From assembly GCA_964057225.1 (NCBI GenBank), contig OZ059898.1, positions 13,578,001-13,642,000 on the forward strand: 64,000 bases of DNA, in the 5' to 3' direction. Made by a program: the position numbers and the translations under genes. This document shows positions 15,356 to 27,831 of this stretch, piece by piece; position 1 is the stretch's first letter, and each line of letters opens with the position of its first letter. The notes under the pieces were generated by a model. The model did no database searches, was not told the DNA's origin, and worked only from the letters and a program-made list of their open reading frames with translations. The stretch comes from Auanema rhodensis. Lineage: Eukaryota; Animalia; Nematoda.

Positions 15356-16513
15356 ATGGTAGTTTTTAAATTTTAAATGAATATCAAACACGGCTCAATA
15401 CTTAGGCTCCAATTGAGAGAAAAAACATTGATTTGGCTCCATTGAAGAAAGCTAATGTTCCCATTTTCTTCATTGTTGGAGGTCCAGGATCTGGAAAGGG
15501 TACTCAGTGTGAAAAGATTGTAGCCAAATATGGATTAAGTCATCTTTCCTCCGGGGACCTTCTGAGGTAAGAAAAAATATCAACAACCAACAGTCAAAAG
15601 CTGTTCTGTTTTTGAAAACCCATTGGATGTAATGCCCAAAAAGCGGCTTCCGGAGAGAAATTACTTTTTCTATTCAACAAAATCCCTGTAATAGAATTTA
15701 CATTTTTCAGAGACGAGGTTAAATCAGGTTCTCCTCGCGGTGCCCAATTGACCCAAATCATGGAAGCCGGACAACTTGTTCCTTTGGTTCGTTTCGGAAT
15801 ACGATATAATCACCCTCCTTATGTTGACCGAGATTAATTGTTTTTCGTAAATATGCATATGTTTATTCTAGACACATAGAGAATAACTTAAACAAAAAAG
15901 GGTTGAAAATTGAAAACCAATACTCGAAATGATTGTAGGAGGTTGTCTTGGATCTCATCAAGGAAGCTATGCTGAAGGCTGTTAATAACGGCAGCAAAGG
16001 TTTCCTCATCGACGGTTATCCAAGAGAAGTAAGCCAAGGGGAACAATTCGAAAAAGAGGTAACAACTGGCAACTCTATACTTCTGTATTTAATTATTTTA
16101 TAGATTCAAGAAGCCAAGTTGGTTCTCTTCTTCGATGTTGCAGAGGAGACTCTAGTCAAGCGTTTGTTAAAGAGAGCAGAGACCAGGTATCATTTTCATA
16201 TAAATATTTTGAAGATAATAATCACATTGAATGATACGAAAAGAAAATTTAATTGACGACGTCTAAATTTAATTTTGAATTTTAAGTGGCCGCGCCGATG
16301 ACAATGCCGAAACAATCAAGAAAAGACTTCATACCTTCACCACAGCTACCGCTCCCGTTGTTGACTATTATCACTCAAAGGGAAAGCTTGTAAAGGTATA
16401 GTTTGTAGATTGTGTTCAATAATACTGAACATGTTCAGATCAATGCTGAAGGATCTGTTGATAGCATCTTTGAGATTGTTACTCAAAACTTGGATAAGGC
16501 TGTTGCTAACTAA
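15356..16513 (+). CDS. AK1: Adenylate kinase isoenzyme 1 (myokinase-like)
   Basis: ATG-only first coding exon (15356-15358, then a GT intron), [73 protein letters not shown]; stop TAA 16511-16513. Confidence 0.93.
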
Positions 16514-16888
16514 ATAGATTGTGCATAGTGAGAAATGTTTGTAAAAGATAAATATTTTTATTAAAGAGATGAAAGTATAGACCATCTATCATATCTCAAG
16601 ATATGGTTGAATAAGGAAGGTTGCGTAGAAAAAGGTCGAGATTCGATAAACTTGGTATTCCGATCTACCTAACTAAAATATTTAAGCTCTGTGATAATAG
16701 AATTATAAAATAAACAATTAACAAAGTCTAACATTGGAAAAGATAACAACTTCACGTAGTAAGTACTTAATCTCAAAATGATAAGATAACCAGAGTGTAA
16801 AAAAGATTTGATGTAAACGTAAGAGATTGCATCACTCACTTCAGTGAAAACAGGTTGTATTTTTAAAAATAATGAGGAGAAAGTACGA

Positions 16889-16889
16889 A

Positions 16890-16920
<31 letters not shown>
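16889..16920. repeat. (AG)n microsatellite
   Basis: AG run just past the Ctr stop codon. Confidence 0.85.
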
Positions 16921-16953
16921 TTATCGAGAACAGTATAATGAGATTTTTCGAAC

Positions 16954-17948
16954 TTAGTGACAGGCGTCAGCAGCGAAACTGTCCGCTGCTTCATCAAATG
17001 AACTGTTCAGCTTGAGTACAGCAAATATCCAATGACCAAAGCCAGCGCCGAGGATTACAGCAGCAGCTATAGAAATAGTGTAAGATGGAGCGGAGTGAGA
17101 GAAAAAAAAGAAACTTACTTAGATAGTTGTTGTAGGTCATAACAATAAGCATCAACCAGTATGCTAGAATAAGTTGGGTGATATAGAGGAAAGCTTCAAT
17201 GAGACGATCGAGTGAAAATGCGTCAGAAGCAGTGAAAGGACTAAAAGACCGTTTTTAATAAAATAAGGAAAAAAACATTTTGAATACCTAGAACGATTTA
17301 CAGTCAGCCGTCGAGATGGTGGTGTAGTGGTTGGATTGTAAACATCTTCCTGAGAACAATGATTGTGTTGTAGGGGAGCCTATATAAAATGGTGAGATAC
17401 AATGTATAAAGCAAAAAGTACCTTTTCAACTTCGGAAAGTAGTACAGCATTCTGCTTGGGAATCTTAGCTTGAGCAGATTGCTTCATCTGCAGATACACT
17501 CTAAACCATTTCAACCCTTCATAAGCAGCCCCCATAATAAATATAGCAATGCATGACCAGAGCATTCCTAAATTAGCTTTTCCATATATATATATGACGT
17601 ATAAATGTATTATACCTATCCAAGTCTCTGTCCTCCAGAAATCAAAAAGAATCACTTCTTCAAATCCTCCGTGGAACCACATTTTCATCATATGGCCAGC
17701 ATGAGCGTCATGTCCAGCGTGAGCGTCATGTCCTGCATGAGCACTATGATCCATAGCATCTATAAAGGTGTTATCGTAAAAATAAAGAGAAAGATATAAA
17801 ATAACATACGATTATGATGAGCATGAGCATCGTGGCCCGATAAAATAGGATTAGAATCTGTCAATGAATCTAAGAAAGCGTCGACAGAAGCCGAAATGTT
17901 ATTTGGATCAACAGATGCATGATGTCCATGATGCTGGCTATGATCCAT
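16954..17948 (-). CDS. Ctr/SLC31 copper transporter with His-rich N-terminus
   Basis: MDHSQHHGHH...GHDAHAGHDAHAGHMMKMWFHGGFEEVILFDFW, AAYEGLKWFR, YWLMLIVMTYN (MxxxM copper gate), GAGFGHWIF (GxxxG), C-terminal DACH*. Confidence 0.92.
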
Positions 17949-18260
17949 GGCCTAAATTTTTTTATTAGTTCCCAATTAAAATTTAAAAAATATTACGAGA
18001 AACAACAAGAATCATATGCAACAGAATTAAAAAATGTGAAAGAAAATCAAAAAGATCAAACCATACAAAATGGAAAACCCAATTAGTACTAGTATATGCA
18101 TATAAAGCAACTATAAATTAATTTGGCAATGCTATATATATATACATATATATATCACAGAATCTTCACCAGTTATCAAAATATCAGTTTTTTGAATATA
18201 CTAAACCCATATTAATAGTCGATATCATGTATTAAAATGCCCTATGTTAAATATTTTTGC

Positions 18261-19871
18261 TTAGATAAAAGCTAGTCCTTCAAATTTATAGGAGCCAGGC
18301 AAAGTTGTATCATTCATAACAACAACTCCAGTAGTATCAAAAACTGTTATGTGGCTAGCAGTAGATTTACCACCCTGAAAACATATTTTGCTCAATTCAA
18401 ATTGGAAAGGAGACGAAAGGAACGTACAATCTCTTCACTTTTCAGAGCTACAATGAGCTCATCTTGAGTGTCGGGGATAAACTGGAAGGCACTAAACCCG
18501 CGAGTTCCTTCATATATTCCTGGTCCCACTCGGATCATAGAAATCGTATTCTAAACCGATAATTATAGACGATAGAAGTCTATATGACTTACAAAATGTT
18601 CATCAGCGGATATCAACATGTTAGTTCCCCGCTTTTCATCAGCTTCGTCATTATAAGCGCTAGTGGAAGCACGACGGGGAAGGAAAAACCATTTACTAAA
18701 ACAGAATAAATCAATCAGATTAACTGCTGAAAATGAAAATAAGATAATAAACTATACTTACTTATGAATATCACTCCATTGAACGGACTCGTGAACCATA
18801 TACCCAGGTGGTGAAATTCCACACTCTTGTCTTAGCTAATGCACAGAACAGATAAGGTTAAAACGTGCAAAACACTAACTTTTCTATAGTTATCAGCCCA
18901 GTTGATATGACGCACTCGCCCAGTTCGATCAACAACCTTAACCCACATTGGGTGATCGTTAATGAATACTCCTTCATTATTGGTCCATTCCTTGCCAAGT
19001 CCACCTATCCAAAGTTCCTCATTCTTAACTGTCATCCATTCCCCCTGACAAGCTCGATTTTTATAAAATAGTAAAGTCAAAACAAACCTTGAGCGGCTTT
19101 GTCTGATGACCAGGGCCGTCGTTGAGAAAAACCCAGGGAATTGCCTCATTGTTGTCAATCTTAAATGGCAATTCTAACCTGAGTAAAATCACAAAGCAAC
19201 CTCATATATCAGCCCTGTTCTATCATCAATTGTTAAAAGGCGGTGATTGAAGACCACCAAGTCGGAGAGCTCCATGGCACGTCCTCCAGTAGAAATTTGA
19301 GTGGTCAACTGAACATCGTCATTCGTTGACTTCCATTGAATACGTGCCTCCCTTTTATCAGGTGTGTACTAAATTCTTACATCGGCATAGATAACTTCGA
19401 ACGACATACAGACAAGAATCCAGTTTTGAAAATACTATACCACTTCTCGTTCTTTTTGCTTTCTTGATCTAAATCGGTTACGACTCCTATTCTGAATACT
19501 TTTGTTCCATCCACTCTGGTCTAAATTAAGAAAAAAGTGAAATACAGAAATACTAAAAGCCACGTTTCCCTACCTCTGGCTGGCTCAGCGGTTCAGAGTT
19601 ATATGGCCCCCCGGTCAATGCTTCGAGTTCTCTCAGATAATATTGAAGTTTAAAGAATGATAAACCAAGGACACACAATAAAATAATAGTAATAGCCTCA
19701 AATGAAAAAGTTAGAAATGTAATATATGAAATATCTTACATTACTATGTCTTCCTAAGCAACGTTTCGTAGAGCGATTATGCAAAAAGGGAGCAGAAGGT
19801 AAACGTTCTTCAATTAAAAGTCTAGTGTTATTCTCCATTGATCCACTTGATGGAGATCTGCGAATTCTCAT
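18261..19871 (-). CDS. apy-1: Calcium-activated nucleotidase / apyrase (CANT1 type)
   Basis: FRIGVVTDLDQES, GGRAMELSDLVVFN, DDRTGLIYE, EWMTVKNEELWIGGLGKEWT, PGYMVHESVQWS, FLPRRAS, RGFSAFQFIP, YKFEGLAFI*; N-terminal TM anchor. Confidence 0.93.
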
Positions 19872-20125
19872 TAAAAAATATCTAAATTTTCACAAATAAT
19901 CATAGTTAAGACAGTACAACGAAATAGGAATTGATATAACAGTCAGACCAAATTGCCACGAAAAGCTCGTTTGCATGAAAATATCGGGTCAAAGACAACA
20001 GTGTATGCTCGTGACCGGAGATCTCCTGGAATTCTTTTGATAATATTTTGAACTTTATAGTTTTAGATTAAAACAATTAAAAATACTTAATCTTAAATTT
20101 TTTTTAATATAGATTATTAGTTAAC

Positions 20126-23100
20126 ATGCGAATACGTAAAATATCATGTAACGCCAAAGTAGCAAGTGAATTAGAAGTCCTACAGGTTTGTATCAGATAG
20201 TATAATAATTTACATACCTTTTTAGAAACCGGAAAGGTTAGTTTCACGTTATTTTCAAGAACCCAGACATACTGAAGAAATTATTGGTGCTAAGGAGGAC
20301 AGTGAAGAGAAGGAAGTATGGTGAGAGAAACTTGTATTTTCGCGGATTTAGTATGGCTTCAGGAAAAAATATACGAAAGATCGCATGAGAACTGTGTCTG
20401 TAGCATTAGTGTTTTGTCTACACATCGGGATAGATCCCCCGGATATTGGACAAAAACCAGAAAATCACGCTCGTCTTGAGGGATGGGTAGATCCTTTTGC
20501 TTGCCATCCATCTCGGGCAATAGTAAAAATCACACAATCAGTGCAGAAGAGCTATGAGCGATGGCAACCAAGAGCACGGTATATAAATTTTTTGAGCTTA
20601 TATTTTAGTTAAATTCCAGATATAAAATCGCTTCCGATCCTACCACGGACGATGTTCGTAAATTGTGCCTTAGCATGCGAAGAAATGCTAAGGATGAACG
20701 TGTGCTGTTTCATTACAATGGACACGGCGTTCCCAAGCCAACTCCCAATGGAGAAATTTGGGTTTTCAATAAGACATTTACTCAGGTTTGCTATCATATT
20801 ATGTCATATAAAATTTTTAATTGATCATAATTTTTAGTACATTCCGTTGTCTATTTTTGATTTGCAAACATGGATGGAATGGCCAGCCATTTATGTTTGG
20901 GACTGCTCTTCAGCAGAAACTATTATTAACTCCTTTAATCGTTTTACAGAGGACCACAACAAGTAAATTGAACAATTTCATGTAATGAAAATACATATTT
21001 GCTTTTAGTGAATGGTTCAAAGAGTTCCATAACCACCAAGAATCTTGTGGACATCCTCTTCCTATTATCACTTCTAACATGACTATTGAAGAACAAGCAG
21101 CGGCACTGCGTTTTAAGAAAAAACCAAAATATGAGGTTTTGTTTTTTTGTAAAATATATATTAAATCATGTCTTGTTTAGAATTGTATCCAATTAGCCGC
21201 ATGTCGAGTGAATGAAAAACTTCCGATGACGCCCGGATTACCAGCCGATTTATTTACTTCTTGTTTAACCACTCCAATTCAAACAAGCATATTATGGCAA
21301 GTTTATTATTCATTTTCATATATGCATTTTCTTATTTTTAGGTATATTATTAGAACAGGGCGTAGAAAAGACTTTCCTGATACTTTTATTGAGGAAATAC
21401 CAGGAACAATAGGCGATAGAAAAACTCTTTTAGGAGAGTTGAACTGGATTTTCACAGCTATTACTGATACAATCGCATGGAGTACATTACCTAAGGAGGA
21501 TTTTCAGAGATTATTTAGACAGGTTTTATTCTTTTAGATTGTATTATATAAGTTTTATAAATTGAAGGATTTGTTATTAGCATCATTATTTCGAAGTTTT
21601 ATTTTGGCTGAAAAGATTATGGGAGAAAATGGCTGTGGTATGTGATTTTAAGTTAACCTCAAATGATGTCATGGTTTAGGAGTTGTTTCATCTCCCGCAC
21701 TTCCATCAACTTCCGATCACCCGCTATGGGAGTCTTGGGAATATATCTTGGATTTGACTGTAAATTATATGTACAACCAATTGGTATTGTCCAGAGAAGT
21801 TAATGTACATAAAATTGGAGAAAAGGGATCCGATCTAATCTTTGCCGGCAGCACATTTGTTCCTCTAGACAGTATATACAGTTTAGATAAAGTTGAAACA
21901 TTATAATATTTTAGGTTTAACGGATTACAGTGGCATTCTCGATGGAGCGATTGAGATGCAACATAATTGGTTCTTTGTTGAGCAGTTACGAGCATTTGAG
22001 GTTTATAAACTTGAGTCAGATTGTGGTTGATTTTGACTTTCAGGTTTGGCTCGATTATGGATCTGAACGACATAAACCTCCTATGCAACTGCCCATTGTT
22101 CTTCAAGTTCTTTTGAGCCAGGTATTTCACGCTTATTAATTGATGGTTACATTTTGGTTCAGGCTCACCGATTGAGAGCTTTGGAGTTGTTAAGTAAATT
22201 CCTAGACTTAGGTCAATGGGCTGTAGTACACGCTTTATCTGTTGGCATTTTCCCATATGTTCAAAAGCTGCTTCAGAGCCATTCTAGAGAACTAAGACAA
22301 TGGCTCGGGTTTATTTGGGCAAAAGTAGTTTTCTTAATTTTAATACAGTTGTTATTACCATTTTATTTAGATTTTGGCTGTAGATCCAAGTTGTCAAACT
22401 GAATTATTTAAAGAAAATGGAGATGATAGAATGGATAGTCATAAGCCTAAAGCTCCTCTTAGGTAGAACAAGTGCAGTATTTTATAATGTACTTGGTATT
22501 TCAGATATCACTATTTTATGCAAGTAATGAATGATACAGAGACTACTACTCGTCAGAAAATAGTTCCTGCTTTTATTTTAGCTATGCTTTTCCATAATAA
22601 CTATAGGTATATTACATATTCAAATCATTTAAATGCTTTCCTTCCAGAACTGCTCAAGAGAATTTAACAGAGAAGGGTTATGTCAATTTATGTACAGAAT
22701 TGTTAGGAGAATGTAAAAAAGAAAAGTGCCGTTTGTTGAAACTTTGGATATTAATTGGCCTCGGCCGTCTTTGGGCCGACTTCAATGAAGCTAGATGGCA
22801 GGCTATTCGCTTGGGTGCTTTCAATAAGGTTTTATTTTGATGATTAACCCGCACCATTTATAAACATTCTACTTTAGGTCGTGGAAGAGTTGGACGATGT
22901 TACACCTGATGTTAGAGCAGCGGCCGTTTATGCTTTAGGATGTCTTATTAAAAACAGCTCTCAAGACAATGAGCATGCCGCAACTGTTAGTATTATCAAT
23001 ATCATAACCTTAATTTGTGATCATGATTAGGTTGACCAAGAACTATGCGACGAGTTGTGCCAGAAATGTACATTAGATGGCTCTGTTCTGGTTAGAGTGG

Positions 23101-25766
23101 AACTTGTTGTTGCCATTCAGGTATTTTAAATATAATTATATATATACGATTTATTTCAGTGGTTTGTTATGGATTTTGAACAAAGATTTGCTACAATGCT
23201 TTTGAGTATTACTGAGTCGCTAAAGATTGATTTGCGAGAAAAAGGCATATTGCCCCCACAAAAAATGGCTTTTGTGAGATATAGTGCAATGGAAGACGTT
23301 ATGCCTGAAGATTTTAACTTTACTAATGATCCAGATGGCAGAAAATTCAATGATAATTATATGCTTAGGTTGGTTCTATCCTTTTAAAACCTCATGTGTA
23401 TATTTCAGGGATCGATGCCTCAAGCAGATCGCCTATCTTGAGGCAAAAAATTTCCATGAGCCACTCGAGAAAATTTGGCTATCTTTGTTACGTTTAGCTG
23501 TTGATCCATCACTAAGGGTATATTGAATTACATTTTAATATTTTTATGGTTTTCTGTAGGTGGCCAATATGGCTCAAGTATTAGTTAGAAAAATAGAAAG
23601 TGCTGCTGTAGAAAAAAGCAACAAAGTTAATACTCACGCTACGAAAATTATTTGGAAAAGTGAGAATGATCATCCGACATCGTCATCTCTAGAGCAAAAA
23701 AGTAGATTGATACTGTTGTTTTTTATTTTATAACATTCGTTGTTGAAGATGTTGTTTTCGAAGTTGGAAGTCCAACTGCTAGTGCCTTGAAAGATACATG
23801 TGATACTCCTTTAGCTCCTACACAAAGAAAATTGTCTGCTGCAGGAACTCCCAAACACAAACGTAGGCTTTTAAAATCTGTGAATTACTTGTTTTTTTTC
23901 TTTAGCAAGAATTGGTAAAGAAGACTTGCTCAGTTTAGTTCGCCCTAATCAAAGTTTTACCCCTAAGCGTGTCACGGTAGTTTTTAAATTAAATATTCAA
24001 AACCGTTTTCTCTTTCAGACGGGAAGGTTAGATTGGACGGCTCATGATAAAAAAATACCATGTAATCAAGATCCCGTTGTGCAATCTGATTTTGTTGATT
24101 GGTGCAGTCGCGTTTTTGTTGAACCTATACTCGACTTCGTTCAAGTTTGTACATAAAATAACTAAAAGTAATGTAAAATTATTTTTCAGTCCAACGAAAG
24201 TGAAGATCACGAAGCTTATCGTTTACTTATACGTGTGAATCCCACCGATTGGGCTTATCATACTAGAGAAGGATTGGAACAAGTTGCGGCGGAAGAATTT
24301 AAAAAGCCTGGCGTAAGTTTATTGTGGTTCAGCAAGCAACATCTAAAAATAAGAAAAAAAATAGAAAAATATGTTATTATTTATTACAAAATGCAAACTC
24401 GACTGAGTGCGCCAGTATTTTTCATAAAAATAATTTATTAACAAGATTTGCACGGCTCAATTATTGCAGGAAAATTTATTCTAATATTCAATGTTCACTC
24501 ATATTTCAAAAATCATAATTTTAATTTTCAGCCTTGTGAAACATCCTTGGGCACTATTCATATAAAGGGTATAAAACAGCTTGCTCTTTCCTCTTTGCGA
24601 AAGATTATTTACTGTTCGGATGGAAAAAATGTCTCGTTAGCTCGTTATGATGGCTCTAACGTTTCTGTAATAAGGAAATTCGCTTTCGACGGAGGCAACA
24701 TGTTTGGAAGAGTATGAACCACAAAAATTTGAAGTAGTTTCTACATTTTTTTAAGGATACGATCACATCGTTACATGTAATAAATGATATGTCTCGGGAA
24801 ATGCTACTTTGTGGCTCTGACCGCGGTGTCTTGAGGGTACTTTTTTATGAAGTCTGTATCAGATAGTATAGTTCTTTTTTAGATTTGGGGTCCTCAATTT
24901 AATATTCATTCACACGAGTTAGAAACTGAACCACAATTTGTGACGTCGAGTCCCATTTTGAAAGATCAGGTTAGGAATAAGGTAGAGAAATCGAAAGGCT
25001 TCTTCTGCAGATATGAGTAAGAACTTTTTTTAAAATTCTTTTATTTTTCAAATTATCTTTAGCTGGTGTCAAGAACAAGGCAGAGTATTTGCTAGTGGAA
25101 ATATGAAAATAGTCCGAGTTTGGGATGCTCAATATGAGAGAACAACCCAAGATATTGTCGTAGATTCGAAATGCGGCTCAGTCAGAGCATTGAGTGCTCT
25201 TAGCTCTCAAGAACACACTGATTTGGTTTCTGTAGGATTCTCCAAGGGTACTGTAGACGTACATGATCTAAGAATTCCATCAAGATCTTCGCGTATTATG
25301 CGCTACGGAGATGGTACAAGCCCAGTAGTTCATTGTTCTTTGCGAATGGAAAATGATAAGGGGTCCTCCCGTTGTTTAATGTTCTCTGCCTCCGAAAGCG
25401 GAGAAATTGGAATTTTTGATCCTCGAATGTTCCAAGAACCAATTGATGAAATGCGCATTGAAACTGAGACGGCTCTTAATGTAGATGTACATCAAAATGC
25501 TCAAATGTTTGGGGTTGTGTGTAAAGATGAAGAAAATCGTACAGATGCACGTCTTTATGATATTAGAGGAAACAATATGGGTAATATCAACTCATATCCA
25601 CCAAATACTATGTTCACAAATGCATCGGTTATGGCATTTCATAAAATGAGGTAAAGTCACTCTAAAGATGTGAACATCGATAACCTTTTCACCTTTCAGA
25701 TGTCTAGTAGCTATTGCTGATGAAAACACTGTTACTTTATATGGTAAGAAGGCTATGAAAATATAA
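20126..25766 (+). CDS. daf-15: Raptor (TORC1 regulatory subunit), many short introns
   Basis: [107 protein letters not shown] region and C-terminal WD40 repeats; stop TAA 25764-25766. Confidence 0.95.
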
Positions 25767-26269
25767 TAGATATCTATTTCCTTTGTTGATTTTGTGATCT
25801 TTATCTCATGTAATTATGACATTCTGTCTTATACTTAATTTTAGTCTATTACGATACGGAAACTACTTGACGGTGTAGTTGCTCAATGCTTCAAAATGCC
25901 TTATCTTTGTACATATTTTGTTATATTTCTAAATTTTTAAAAATATAAATCGATAGATTAGTTTTATATAGTTATCATCTACTTCAGGGTATTCAATTAT
26001 GAATGCATTGTAATGGCCAATTCCTTACCATCTTTGTACATTTTGTGATGCTCTCTCAGATTTTGAAAAAAATGTGTTATATGTATATATGAATGTATAC
26101 ATATATATATATATCTATATATCTATATCTATATATGTCATTCGCTTTATTTGTGCCGAATGGAATATATAAATATTGAAGCTAATATTTTTGTTTTGTA
26201 TCTGGGTAATGACCAAGACTTTATCAAATATGTGAGGATATCAATATCGATCCTTTTTTCGTATTAAGA

Positions 26270-27831
26270 ATGAACTTAAAACTTACGGCTAGGCCCATAA
26301 GCACTATATGGAAACGCTATTTTTCAAAACAGGTTGCTTATTTCTTCAATTTACATAAGCAATTTTGTAATTTACATTTAGAGAGCTTTAAATGTGGCTG
26401 TAATTGGTGCTCCAAATGTAGGCAAATCACTTTTAACTAATCAACTAGTGAGAGCGGCTGTATCTGCTGTGAGTAGTAAGATGGACACTACTCAACAGGT
26501 TCGTAATCTTTAGACCTTCGAAACAGGATAAAGTTATATTTTGAGAATATTGAATGTGTTATTACGGAGAGAGGAGTTCAATTGAGCATTGTTGATAGTC
26601 CTGGTACAATTGGTTTGGGACATGCAAAGAAGTTGATAGGACGTCGAGCAGATGATCGAATTTTAAGTGATCCCGAGTTGGCTGTTAGCAGAGCAGACCA
26701 TATACTTGTTTGTCAGGTGTGTTGACCATTAAGCGATTAAAGCATTAATAGTCGAATTGCAGGATGCTACTGCTATGGGTGACTATATACACCATAGAGT
26801 TATGCATATATTACATAGAAATTCCCATTTACCTTCATCATTAGTTTTAAATAAAGTAAGTTCTTATACACATGAGCATTTAGAACAGATTCAATTTTTT
26901 AGGTTGATCTTGTAAAGGATAGAACACATTTATTAGAACTAACCAGGATATTAACAAATGGAACAGTAGGAGGACAAGCTATCAAAACGTCCCCTGTAAA
27001 GGTTAATAATTTTCATATTTGCAAAGAAATCACCCGTAAACTATCCAGATGGGTCGCCTTGGTTCAGTTAATACAGATTTAAAGCTACATGATGATATTG
27101 TTCAGAACATGGATGTGAAATGGCAGGAGAAATATCGGTATGGTGTATATCATATTACAATTGATCTTCTAAAAATCTAATATTTCAGCCATATCATTGG
27201 AAAACCAACACATAAAGTGCCATATTCTGATACGAAAAGGCTTTTCTTTGATATTCGAGGCTGGGGGAACTTCAATTCAGTGTTTTTCGGTAAAATCACC
27301 AAAAAGAGGAAGTGTCACTCCATTTTGATTTTACAGCCTCTGCTTTGACTGGTGAAGGAGTTGATGCTGTTCGTGATCACTTGATGTCGGTATCAGAGAC
27401 AAGAGATTGGACAATGGATGAAATGACTGTCACAAACAAGGTTTTTTTGAAAATTGTTTCCTTCTACCATTATTTTATTTTCTCCAGTCTCCCCAAGAGA
27501 TTTGCCTGGAGTCTATAAGAGCAGCTCTTCTTGACAGCTTGCCAGGGGACGTTGCTTACCCATTGAAACCCAAAATAATTGAATGGAAAGAAGAAGGAGA
27601 GGTAAATCCTTTATTTTTCCATCATCTTCATTCCTATTTCTACAGGTTCTTCAAATTGTAGCTGAAATTAATTGTAGAAAAGAACGAGAAGGCAAATTAG
27701 TTGTAGGTAAAGGAGGACAACGTATATCTGAGATTGGTCGTCGAGTTAATGATCATCTTCACTCTCTCTTTCAACGTCAACTTTTTGTACGACTTCTAGT
27801 AAAAGGTGATAAGAAACTCATAACTACATAA
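26270..27831 (+). CDS. ERAL1: Mitochondrial Era-like GTPase (ERAL1)
   Basis: Basic presequence, LNVAVIGAPNVGKSLLTN (G1), VSSKMDTT (G2), IVDSPG (G3), LVLNKVD (G4), SALTGEGVD (G5), KH domain VVGKGGQRISEIG. Confidence 0.9.

Noticed and set aside
19860-20140. Divergent apy-1 and daf-15 both begin MRIR
   Set aside because: The codons differ (ATGAGAATTCGC vs ATGCGAATACGT) and there is no extended inverted repeat; coincidence.
25890-26100. PUF-like TGTAHATA motifs and an imperfect direct repeat in the daf-15 3' region
   Set aside because: Expected by chance in AT/TA-rich sequence; no independent support.
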